From: Octopus sinensis
Taxonomy: Eukaryota
DNA length: 24,222 bases
Assembly (NCBI RefSeq): GCF_006345805.1
Contig: NW_021836417.1
Location: 1 to 24,222 of the forward strand
Reading direction: 5' to 3'
In this document: positions 11,403 through 22,635 of the stretch, piece by piece
Layout: every line of letters begins with the position of its first letter
How positions within the stretch are numbered: position 1 is the first letter of the stretch
Translations under genes and position numbers: made by a program
Notes under the pieces: generated by a model
Databases searched by the model: none
What the model was told of the DNA's origin: nothing
The model's input: the letters and a program-made list of their open reading frames with translations, nothing else

Positions 11403-11525
11403 TGATGATGATGATAACGATGATGACAACATTGATGATGATAATGACGATGATGTGGTAGAGGAGAAAGAGGAGAAGGAGGAGGAGGAGGAGAACCATG
11501 ACGACGACGATGATGAAGATGACGA
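11403..11525. repeat. (GAT)n/(GAG)n/(GAC)n trinucleotide mosaic
   Basis: Directly visible. Confidence 0.9.
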
Positions 11526-11732
11526 CTCTGAAAATGATTGCTGACCAATTGCCAAAGAGCACTAACATAAACTTCGCCGTCTTTAGAGTGTGTCTTATCA
11601 ACACCAACATTCCTGATGTGGCATACTTATCTTCCCAGAAAATCGAAGTTGTGCACGGGACCCAATATCATTGTAAAACGCTAAATCTAGAAAACATTGT
11701 TTCGCAGTTGTTGACAACCTGGTTAATCAGTA

Positions 11733-11890
11733 GCGTAGTCATAGCTCAGTGGTTTGAGCGTCTGGCTCACAATCACGAGGTAGAGAGTTCGGTTCCCGGA
11801 CCGGGCTGCGTGTTGTATTCTTGAGCAAGACACTTTATTTCACGTTGCTCCAGTTCACTCAGCTGTAGAAATGAGCTGCAACGTCACTGG
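11733..11890 (+). mobile_element. tRNA-derived SINE, family D (3' boundary uncertain)
   Basis: A-box TAGCTCAGTGG and B-box-like GTTCGGTTCCC. These are followed by TTCTTGAGCAAGACACTTTA...CACTCAGCTGTAGAAATGAG, similar to conserved SINE central domains. Confidence 0.65.
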
Positions 11891-12137
11891 TGCCAGACTG
11901 TATTGTCCTCTTTGCAAGAATAACACTGGTGGCTTGGAGAGGGGATGCTGGTATGCATGGGCAACTGCTGGTCGTCCTTAAACAACCTTGCCCGGACTTG
12001 TCGAGGGGCTGCGGTGGTGAGTTCCACTCCGGGGGACACTTTTATGAAGACGGAACTTTTGGGTTTGCTGTATAAGCCTGAATCGGCTTGTGGGGGTAAA
12101 AGCGGCAAACTAGAGCGCTTTCCAGGTTGGCACACTC

Positions 12138-12196
12138 TCTTGTTACGCCACTGTTACACATTCTTGTTACGCCACTGTTACACATTCTTGTTACGC
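12138..12196. repeat. 24-bp tandem duplication (about 2.5 copies)
   Basis: TCTTGTTACGCCACTGTTACACAT twice, plus TCTTGTTACGC. Confidence 0.95.
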
Positions 12197-12479
12197 TGCT
12201 GTGGTTGATGTCTTCGGTTTGGGTTTTGCATAGCCTATTTTTGCTGTCAGCCAATGGTTTCTGACTTCTGCGAGAAAGTTTCTTATTGGGTGCGATGGAG
12301 ATACCTTATTCCTAAATTTGCAACGAGGTAACTTCAAAGTAGGGTTGTTATAAACTCGTCGGTTTTTTTTGTGTAGTTTTCTCCTTCTGTAGTTGGAGCT
12401 TTGTGTTTCAAGGATCCATGCACAGCCATCTCAGAGGCACACACACACACACACACACAAACATACAGACACACACACA

Positions 12480-12631
12480 CAAACGATGTGGGCTTCCACA
12501 TAGTTTCTGTCTACCAAATTCACTCACAAGGTGTTAGTCGGCGCGGGACTATATTAGAAGAAACTTGCCGAAGGTGCCGCGCTTAAGACCGAACTCAAAA
12601 ACACGTGATTGCGAAGCTTCACATAGCCACG
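12480..12631 (-). mobile_element. Diverged relative of SINE family A (head and body)
   Basis: Shares GTTTCTGTCTACCAAATTCACTCACAAGG...GTCGGC with the copies at 1-365 and 15965-16365. Confidence 0.65.
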
Positions 12632-12672
12632 CGCGCGCGCGCACACACAAACACACAAATATGTATGTGTGT

Positions 12673-12981
12673 GTGGATGCGCAATGGCCCAGTGGTTAGG
12701 GCAGCGGACTCGCGGTCATAGGATCGCGGTTTCGATTCCCAGACCGGGTGTTGTGAGTGTTTATTGAGCGAAAACACCTAAAGCTCCACGAGGCTCCGGC
12801 AGGGGGTGGCTGCGATCCCTGCTGTACTCTTTCGCCACAACTTTCTCTCACTTTCTTCTGTTAGCCTGCTCGCTTAGCCAGCGGGGTGGCGTCATTTGGA
12901 GGCTAAAACAATGCGAAGCGCATTGTGACCAGCGATGTGAAGCAACATCTGATAGCCTTGTTGGTCACGGTGATCACGGTG

Positions 12982-12983
<2 letters not shown>
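12673..12983 (+). mobile_element. tRNA-derived SINE, family C head with a different 3' module
   Basis: Same head as 8644, then a distinct body ending in a duplicated CACGGTGAT before (TA)n. Confidence 0.85.
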
Positions 12984-13047
<64 letters not shown>

Positions 13048-13894
13048 TGGCGGCAGAGGTACTCGGGTTGTTCGGTCTTAGCCCGAGGATAAATTAAATA
13101 AAGTGAACGTGTATTTGCAAACAGATTTAATTTCTACGTAATTGTAGCCAATGACCCGGGCACCTTTTATTGAACCTGGTCGCAGTTTATTTATTTTCGT
13201 TCAGCGTCTGGCGGTCATCTTAGAAGTGCTCTAAGTCAAAAAATATCATTGTAGCAGACGTTCTCTCGACATCGTTCACACGCGCCTGACTCGAGCTCAG
13301 AAGTTACAGCCAGAGTTGTTATCGATAATCGTAAAAATCAGAAGTAATTCAAATTCAATGTATTCTTGAAACAATAAATTTCTATAGAGTTTAGGATTTA
13401 AATTCTAATCTATGAAAAGTTTCCGTTTTACAATATTCTTAAAGGAACGAAAAATTATCCAGCAACTCGGGCTAATACGAATGAGTCTGATAGGTGTAAA
13501 AGACTAACTGGCATCTCTTGTCAAGAGTACAGGTGCTGATGTTTGTTGTGCACTCTCCTGTCGTTATTTCAATACTGTTATTCTATGTAAAATGTTATTC
13601 AATGTAAAGATCAGTTGTGTTTTGCAGGGTTGCTTTATTATTACCCTTAACTTAGAAATAGAGAAAGACATAGTGCTAGATATAAAAAATAAGCCATTGG
13701 GGCTAGAAATATTGCAGAAAAACGTGAAATACTTCGAGCAGGCATGTGTCTTTTGCGAAATCTGTGATGAACCCGAGTGACGCTGATGACCCGGAGTCGC
13801 CTCTGATATACATAAATATTCTAAATAAGTGGTACTAACTCCTTACTTTGGTTTCAAATTTTGGCCCATGGCCATGAATTTCGGGGTTTGGGGC

Positions 13895-13986
13895 TAAGCC
13901 AATTACATCAACCCCAATATTTATCAACTGGTATTTATTTTATCGAGCCCGAAATGGTGAAAGGCAAAGTTGACCTCAACGGAACT
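13895..13986 (-). mobile_element. Degenerate fragment of SINE family B
   Basis: CTGGTATTTATTTTATCGAGCCCGAAATGGTGAAAGGCAAAGTTGACCTC matches the family B body. Confidence 0.65.
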
Positions 13987-14509
13987 TACTCCTTATATTA
14001 TACTTTTTAAATAGCCGAGTACTCTATAGACACCTGTATCATTTTTGTCGTCCTCAGACAGACTCCTTGTAACACAACATGACTAATTTAACCCTATTTT
14101 AATTACAGGTACAGTCGACTGATGCCTTTCAGTTTCCATCGTCTCAGATTTCATTCGCATGTCTTGGGTCGACCCAAGATTCTTTTAGCAGTGAGATACC
14201 GTGCAGACGACTTGAATCCTGAACTTCATAACTCTGATGCAAACGAGAGATCAACCACGTGGTCACTAGACCTGCTAGAAATGCCAACTAAATCTCTTTC
14301 AATTCACATCTTAGCATCTTTAGAAAAGGATACATTGGATAACGGGAGTCCTAGATTCAGTGTTTGAATAATAAGAAAAGAGAAAGTTGTCACGGATGGC
14401 TGGAGCAAATTTCATCGCAAAGTTAGTGGATCGGGGCTGACTTGGAGCTAAATAACTTTAGTCACAACAGCAACAATCATTGGCTACAACAATATCAATA
14501 ACTCCAACA

Positions 14510-14798
14510 GAAAGATAGATCGATCGATCGATCGATTGATAGATATAATGGTAGGGATGTAGACAGATTGGTAGTTAGGTGTGGATACGTAGATATATAG
14601 ATATATAGATAGGTTGGTAGCTAAAGAGAGAGAGAGAGAGAAGTATGTAGATTGATTAATAGATAAACAGAGAGATAGACTGACAAACAGACAGATAGAT
14701 AGATAAAGATATACGTAGATAGATAGAGATAGAGAGAGACAGAGAGAGAGACAGAGAGAGAGACAGAGAGACAGAGACAGACAGACAGTCAGACAAAC

Positions 14799-14894
<96 letters not shown>

Positions 14895-14915
14895 GGATAG
14901 ATAGATGGATAGAGA
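14510..14915. repeat. (GATA)n/(GACA)n/(GA)n microsatellite block
   Basis: Directly visible, with pure (GATA)n at about 14800-14890. Confidence 0.95.
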
Positions 14916-15311
14916 GAGAAAAGAATGAAAGAAAGAAAACGAAAAGGAAATTAGCATAGAGAATTATACACGCCCTTTAAAAAGAAACCCTCGGCAAATC
15001 TAAGATGGACAGAATGACATTAAGGGAACAAGAAGATACAATGGAGAATGAAGAGAAATGAAAACAAACGATAACAAAATAGTATAAATAAAAGAACTGA
15101 AAGAATTGAGAAGAATAGCAGGAAAGAAAGTAAAAGCAGTTGACAAGCTTTGGTGGAATGTTATGAATAGATCTGTCAGCTGTCTTACAGCAGCAAGTAA
15201 CAAAAGAAACCAGTGGTGCGAGACAGCCACGTAAGATAGAAAAGCTACTGTTGTCCGTTTTTGGTAACCTGCTTTGCGTGGGAAGTTCAACAGTACTCAT
15301 TCTTATGTACA

Positions 15312-15368
<57 letters not shown>

Positions 15369-15491
15369 GCACGCACGCACGCACACATACAAACATATAT
15401 ACAGACATTCCTACATACACATACACAAATTGTATTCTGTATACCGGATGTAATTATACACCAGTATGTGTGGATGAGCATATGTGAGGAT

Positions 15492-15533
<42 letters not shown>

Positions 15534-15690
15534 ACAGAGAAAGACAGACGTAGAGACGCGTACCTACGAGAATATATATTTATATATATATATTTGTATT
15601 TAAGTGTGCGTATATGTATATATATGTTTGTATGTGTGTGTGAATGTGTGAGTGTGCGTGCGTGCATCTGTGTTTGTGTGTGTGTGTGTA
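15312..15690. repeat. (CA)n and (TG)n microsatellites
   Basis: Directly visible. Confidence 0.9.
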
Positions 15691-15898
15691 ATTGATCCAC
15701 ATGTGCTTCAGAGTATACATCTCAACTCACCTCAAGAGCCAAGCGTTTTGCAGCGGGAGTGCTCCATGAAAAATTAAAAATCAATAAAAAAAAAATACTT
15801 AGAGTTATAACATAGAACGGATGGAGACAATCATATATAAAACAATTCTCACTTTCTCTCTCTCTTTCTCTTTCTTTCTCTCCCTCCCCCTCTCCCTC

Positions 15899-15948
<50 letters not shown>

Positions 15949-15964
15949 TTGTATGTATGTACTT

Positions 15965-16365
15965 TTTTACTCTCTTTTACTCTTTTACTTGTTTCAGTCA
16001 TTTGACTGCGGCCATGCTGGAGCACCGCCTTTAGTCGAGCAAATCGACCCCGGGACTTATTCTTTGTAAGCCCAGTACTTATTCTATCGGTCTCTTTTGC
16101 CGAACCGCTAAGTGACGGGGACGTAAACACACCACCATCGGTTGTCAGGCAATGCTAGAGGGACAAACACAGACACACAAACATATACACACATACATAC
16201 ATATATACATATATACGGCAGGCTTCTTTCAGTTTCCGTCTACCAAATCCACTCACAAGGCTTTGGTCGGCCCGAGGCTAAAGCAGAGACATTTGCCCAA
16301 GATGCCACGCAGTGGGACTGAACCCGGAACCATGTGGTTGGTTAGCAAGCTACTTACCACACAGC
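15965..16365 (-). mobile_element. tRNA-derived SINE, family A, near full length
   Basis: Minus-strand head GCTGTGTGGTAAGTAGC...GGTTCCGGGTTCAGTCCC, then CATCTTGGGCAAATGTC. Short tandem tail (AGTAAAAG-like). Colinear with 1-365. Confidence 0.88.
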
Positions 16366-16464
16366 ATATATCAATACACATAATAGATATTTTTGTGCGC
16401 TAGAGTGTGTACACAGGCGTCTTTAATAACGTTGTACGTCGATGTGGATAAACAAACAAAAACA

Positions 16465-16850
16465 AAACAAACTATGCTGGATCATAGATATAGCATGCCC
16501 AGCTGACAACAAGGTATGCGATAAGGAAGAAAGAAAAGTTGAGAGATATGACAGGTTAGCTTGGGAAGTTAAACAGTTGTGGTCGATGAAAAAGGTAGCA
16601 GTAGTACCAATCATTGTCGGAGCCCTGGGGACAGTGAGCAAAAATCTCGAGAAGTACGTGGAACAAATAGGGGCTGCAATAAGGGTGGAGCACTTACAGA
16701 AAACAGCATTGCTTAGAACCGCTCGAAAACTCCGGAAGGTGCTCGAAAAATAAGAGGTGTTACCTTAGTTCACTGGTAGTGAACAGCTGACACCGTAGTA
16801 CATCTCCAGCGTTAGAAGCTGTGCAAAGGCAATAATAATAATAATAATAA
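16465..16850 (+). mobile_element. 5'-truncated R4/Dong-like non-LTR retrotransposon: restriction-like endonuclease C-terminus, 3' UTR and (TAA)n tail
   Basis: ORF to the stop at 16753 reads KLCWIIDIACPADNKVCDKEERKVERYDRLAWEVKQLW...VVPIIVGALG...LQKTALLRTARKLRKVL, the typical RLE C-terminus of this group. About 77 nt UTR, then (AAT)n at 16831-16850. The 5' boundary is approximate. Confidence 0.85.
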
Positions 16851-16851
16851 A

Positions 16852-17072
16852 TTTTTTTTTTACTGCCCACAAGGGGTTAAACACAGAGGAGACAAACAAG
16901 GAGAGACAAACGGATTAAGTCGATTATATCGACCCCAGTGCGTAACTGGTACTTATTTAATCGACCCCGAAAGGATGAAAGGCAAAGTCGACCTCGGCGG
17001 AATTTGAATTCAGAACGTAGCGGCAGACGAAATACTGCTAAGCATTTCGCCCAGCGTGCTAACGATTCTGCC

Positions 17073-17073
<1 letters not shown>
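16852..17073 (-). mobile_element. SINE family B, tail-to-tail with the Dong-like element
   Basis: Reverse complement of the 6081 unit. The head is cut at CTGGCAGAATC by a (TAG)n tract. Confidence 0.9.
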
Positions 17074-17106
<33 letters not shown>

Positions 17107-17117
17107 ATGATAATTAA

Positions 17118-17195
17118 TGCCTCATTGACATGACTGTCCCGATCGACATAACTGTATCTTTCAAGACCTACCAAAAACTGAGCAAGTATAAAGAG
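17118..17195 (+). pseudogene. Short fragment of a second R4/Dong-like RLE domain
   Basis: Translates CLIDMTVPIDITVSFKTYQKLSKYKE, matching the IDxxxPxD...KxxKY motif also seen at 16465. Confidence 0.65.
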
Positions 17196-17202
17196 GAGCG
17201 TA

Positions 17203-17335
17203 ATGGGTCGACTTGACATCTGCATTTTATCCAAGCATCCGAAGGGCCCAATACTCCGGCAAATACAGGAGTATTTGCTCATAAATGAAACATCCCCAGT
17301 ACTAAATAGGAGAAACACGTACAAGGTAGAGATAT
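17203..17335 (+). pseudogene. Probable C-terminal fragment of a Penelope-like GIY-YIG endonuclease
   Basis: DICILSKHPKGPILRQIQEYLLINETSPVLNRR fits the IL...R...E...I....P.LN pattern (catalytic Glu helix and Asn). Recognised by eye only. Confidence 0.5.
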
Positions 17336-17405
17336 CCCAATACCCACAGTTTATACATTACACTGGTAGATTTGTTAGTAGGCTGTTATGCAGACGTGTA
17401 TATAT

Positions 17406-17548
<143 letters not shown>

Positions 17549-18351
17549 GTAAGGTATTATATACTAGAAAAAGTAAGGTACTCAGAAATCTGGATGGTTA
17601 TATATTTACAGATTTTTATTAATATATCATGTTTTTAGAAATCATATATTAGCGCTTGCATCTACTCTAGTAGATTCTTAGATTTGAATTTTTTGAGGGG
17701 ATTCGTCACTTTTTATAGTATTATTGAGTGTGTAGAGGTGGAGAGAGATATAGAATAGTAAATGAGGGTAAGGAATGGGGAGAAAGTGTGAGAGAGAGAG
17801 GGAGAGAAAGAGAGAGTGTGTGTGTGTGTATGTGCATGTGTGTGTGTGTGTGCCTGTGTACCTGAAAGAAGTGTCAATGGAAAAGAGAAGGAAAGAAAGA
17901 AGGAGGAGAGAAAGAAGAAAAAATGTGTTAACATCTATACAGCTGGTCAGTTCTTTCAATAGAAAGTGATGAGTTGATTCTTGGCCTTTAAAAATGGCAA
18001 AACCAGGTGGCTACTCTAAGGATGGGTCTTGTTTTGATAAAAATTATTTTTCAAAAAATTGTCTGGATTTATTATCATCGTCATCATCATTGTCCAAGGA
18101 GAGAGAGTGTGTGTGTGTTTGTATGTGTGTGTGTGCGCTTGCTTGCTTGCCTATCTATCTGAAAGGAGTGTCAAATAAAGGAAAAAAATAAAGGAAGAAA
18201 GGAAGAAAATTGTGTTTACATCTATACAGCTGTTCAGTTCTTTCAATAGAAGATGACAAGTTGGTTAATAAAAGCCTTGCATTGTATTGTGTAGTCTGGC
18301 ATCGGTCTCGTTCATTTTGTAAACCCTTAGTGGTTGCAATGAAAACCATGT

Positions 18352-18694
18352 ATTGCCATATTTTGAGAGGAATTTTTGGGGTTTGCATAATTCATCTTTG
18401 GAAACATGGGCGTTTCATTCAACATCCTTAAACAACTCTTATTCAGTGACCTTTTGAGCGGGATGGGTTACTCGACCTGAAGAAAATTCTAACTGAGCCC
18501 CACCTTCAAGGTCATGCGCTGTTTATCTTGATAGGAAATCACTATCTCGCGTACATATGATTATGATGCATGTGCCTTGTATACACTTATCAAACGGGTA
18601 GTCATGATGGGTATACAGGGCTTCATATATTTGTACCCCAGTGTCATGTATTGCCCTCTCTTGATATCATGCACTGCTCTCTCACTTGATGATG

Positions 18695-18742
<48 letters not shown>

Positions 18743-18763
18743 TAATAATAATAATAATAATAA
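18352..18763 (+). mobile_element. Unclassified interspersed repeat (family E), 5'-truncated, ending in (TAA)n
   Basis: Colinear with 19640-19965 and has the same CTGCTCTCTCACT-(TAA)n end. Confidence 0.8.
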
Positions 18764-18985
18764 TGGTTTTAAATTTTGCCACAAGGGTAGCAATTTTTTT
18801 TTTTTGTGGGTGGTGGTGAGTTGAGTACATCGACCTCAGTGTTCAAATGGTACTTATTTTATCGACCCCGAAAGGATGAAAGGTAAAGTCAACGTCAGCA
18901 GAATTTGAACTCACAACGTAGCGACGAGGGAAATACCGCCAAGTATTATGTCCGGTGTGCTAACGATTCTGCCAGCTTGCCGCCT
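18764..18985 (-). mobile_element. SINE family B variant with a different 3' tail
   Basis: Head and core (GGTACTTATTTTATCGACCCCGAAAGGATGAAAGG) match family B. The tail differs. Confidence 0.85.
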
Positions 18986-18986
18986 T

Positions 18987-19406
<420 letters not shown>

Positions 19407-19965
19407 AGCCCTGATCCAGTACCAGGCAGTGGCTCTCATGGCTTCTGATCTTAACTGATTGGAAGTGTTATCATGTACATTGTTTTGTCTTGGTATAAAA
19501 GATGGGCTACAGCAAATATTCTGCTCAATACCACAGATTTGCTTGTCAGTTGTTTGGCCTTAACCAGTTAAGCATGTCCCTTAGTGGCTGACGATATGTG
19601 CATCTCTGATCACGAGCAGAAGTAGTGGGGGAGCATCATGGCCATGTGTTGAGAGGGATTCTTTGGGGTTTGAATAATTCACCTCTGGAAACATAAGTGT
19701 TTCGTTCAACATCCTAAAGCAACCCTTATTCAGGGACCTTTTGAGCAGGATGGGCTACTCAACCTGAAGAAAATTCTAACTGGGCTCCACCTGCAAGGTC
19801 ATGTGCTGTTTATCTTGATATGAGATCACCATGTCGCGCACATATGGTTGTGATGCATGTGCCTGGTGTACCTTTATCAGACGGGTAGTCATGATGGGTA
19901 TATTGGGCTTCGTATATTTTACCCCAGTGTCACTTTGATGGCATGAACTGCTCTCTCACTCAATA

Positions 19966-19985
<20 letters not shown>
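19407..19985 (+). mobile_element. Unclassified interspersed repeat (family E), longer copy, ending in (TAA)n
   Basis: The 3' 320 nt is colinear with 18352-18690. Flanked by TAA tracts. Confidence 0.8.
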
Positions 19986-20036
<51 letters not shown>

Positions 20037-20791
20037 CATGTGGTTTTCTTGCAACCACTAAAGGTTTACAAACTAAACGAGGACGATGCCGGACTACACA
20101 ATACAATGCATAGGTTGGAGTTATATAAAAGCGCGTAAAACTAAAATAGCAGAAACAATTCTCCAAAACAGAGTAAACATCCAAGGTTTGCTCGTTGAAT
20201 CCCCGCAAACCTACTGCCAGCTTGACCGTTAAGGTAAGTGCCCTCTCGCTATCCTCCTTCCTCAATCTACAGGTTCACGCTCAAAGTAGGCCTGTTCCCA
20301 TGGTCTACCGTTGCAAGTCTCACTATTCAACAAATTTACTGAAACTTCCACCGACCGCATTGTTCATCTGACAGAGGGATGTGACACTGCAGGTAAACAG
20401 TCACCTTGCTTCGGTGGCTGCAGCTTTGTCAACGAAACAAATTGTGGAAAGCGAGTTTGACAAATAGCAATAACTGCTCACCGCCAAGGAAACGCTGAAG
20501 ATGTCGCAGCCTTTGCGCATGTCCATGTATAATCAGCCCAGCTTTCTAATCAATGGGCATTGACAACAAATGGACTGCCTGCCCAGTGGAACGCGTCCTT
20601 TGCGTGGAATTGCCGGCACTTCAGTCTAGTGGGAAGTGAACAGGACGATGGTCAGACAGTAATATATGACGGAGACGCTTCTGTCCGATCTTTGAGAATG
20701 AGATTTCTGGGCGAGAATGGACGCCATGCTTTAAAACAGGAATCCACTTGAGTTCTCTGTAAACTCGGTTTGGAGCGATATAACATACATA

Positions 20792-20854
<63 letters not shown>

Positions 20855-21428
20855 GCACACACACACACACGCATACACACACATGTATTTTGATATATCC
20901 GGGAGGAGGTGTATACGTGTGTGCATGCAGGTTTTATATTACTTACATACACATCCGCAGATATATATAGTCACATACACAAACACTCGTGTGCACACAC
21001 ATATATATATATAACACACCCTTCCACACATCTACACATACAACCAGCTCACACACTACACATAGATAAAGACAGACACAGCTACACGCACATATACACA
21101 CAGAGGCACGAACACAAATACACACACATACCTACACACACATACACATACAACTACAATCACACACACACATACAACTACACTCACACACACACATACA
21201 CATACACATACAGTATGAGTACTATCGTTGTCCGACCTCATGAGGTGAATAGTAAATTATATAACAATGAAATCAGTTTACAATTCCTGATGTAAATTGA
21301 GGTTTCTTTACCCTCTCCCCATCACCTCTTCCATTGTTACCCTCATTCATTCTCAATGAACGCATTCACTCCCCCCCTCTCTCTCTCTCTATCCATCACA
21401 TTTCCTGTCACTTATTCGCCCTCGTTCA

Positions 21429-21465
<37 letters not shown>

Positions 21466-21591
21466 GACACACACACACACACACACACACAGAGTCACAC
21501 ACACACACACACACATACACACACACGCACACAATATTCAATTTGTTTGTGAAACTTGTAGTTTGCTTTATAAAGCCTGTTTATGGGTACC

Positions 21592-21822
21592 TATTTCTTT
21601 ACTACCCACAAGGGGCCAAACACAGAGAGGACAAACAAGGACAGACAAACGGATTAATCGATTATATCGACCCCAGTGTGTAACTGGTACTTATTTAATC
21701 GACCCCGAAAGGATGAAAGGCAAAGTCGACCTCGGCGGAATTTGAACTCAGAACGTAGTGGCAGACGAAATACTGCTAAGCATTTCGCCCGGTGTGCTAA
21801 CGATTCTGCCAGCTCGCCGCCT
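21592..21822 (-). mobile_element. Full-length SINE family B with 14-bp target site duplication
   Basis: TSD TGTTTATGGGTACC at 21578-21591 and 21823-21836. Intact head GGCGGCGAGCTGGCAGAATCG. Confidence 0.95.
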
Positions 21823-22018
21823 TGTTTATGGGTACCGGCTTACCAGTTAGTTTTACAACGAAAACTGATCGTATTACTGAAAATAGATCCGAATGTCCGT
21901 GAATAGCCGCAGAATATATGGATTGAGCAAACACATTTTTCTACAATTGTTTCATTTTTCACTTTACCAGAAGATTATTACCGAAATATCATCTTATAGT
22001 AATTCTGCTTGTCACTCC

Positions 22019-22463
22019 GTTACTTCGCCCGTCCGTAATGCTTCCACGTGATTAGCTGAAGCGGGGATGAGATGGGATGGGAGGCGAAGGTGGTAGTGAG
22101 TGAGATGTGTAATTTTTTTGTTTTTAGCTAATTTTTTTTCAGTTACTTAGCCCGTCCTTTACGTGATTAGTTGAAGGGAAAGGCGAAAAGCGAAAGAAAA
22201 AGGAGAGAGAAAAAGATAGTAAGGCAAAAAGGAACTGTGTTATGTATTAAGCCTATAAAATTGCGGATAAAATGTATATATAAAAGTGTCTTAAATAATC
22301 ATCGTATTCCAATTTCCTTCATTTTTCAATGATTAGTAGATGAGCGACTATCCTTTGATACTGACAAAACACAGGTAGGTTTTCAGGTATTTTGCATGAA
22401 GTTTTCAGAAATGACCCAATAAAGTTACCATTAATTCCGTGAAATATTCACGGGTCCCGCTAG
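22019..22463 (+). mobile_element. Helitron-like 3' end (5' boundary unknown)
   Basis: Palindrome CCGTGAA-ATA-TTCACGG (22437-22453), 6 nt, then CTAG|T (22460-22464). An internal duplicated motif GTTACTT.GCCCGTCC...ACGTGATTAG.TGAAG occurs near 22019 and 22143. Confidence 0.55.
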
Positions 22464-22518
22464 TTGTATATGATACGCTACTTGTTTTTGCTTACATATT
22501 ATATATATATATATATAT

Positions 22519-22593
22519 ATAACAATTTAACAAATAAACATATGCATACATACATACGTATATGTACAACCTACATCTCTATGTATATATACA

Positions 22594-22635
<42 letters not shown>

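Noticed and set aside
11733-11810. Possible tRNA gene with a CAC (Val)-like loop
   Set aside because: Anticodon and acceptor stems do not pair and the sequence continues into a SINE body. All tRNA-like heads here are SINE-derived.
13629-13780. Possible exon after TTTTGCAG ending CVFCEICDEPE*
   Set aside because: About 50 codons with no recognisable domain, within chance expectation.
20621-20760. SDHRPV motif on the minus strand, like the end of a LINE AP-endonuclease
   Set aside because: Six-residue match only. No other endonuclease motifs are present, and a stop follows five codons later.
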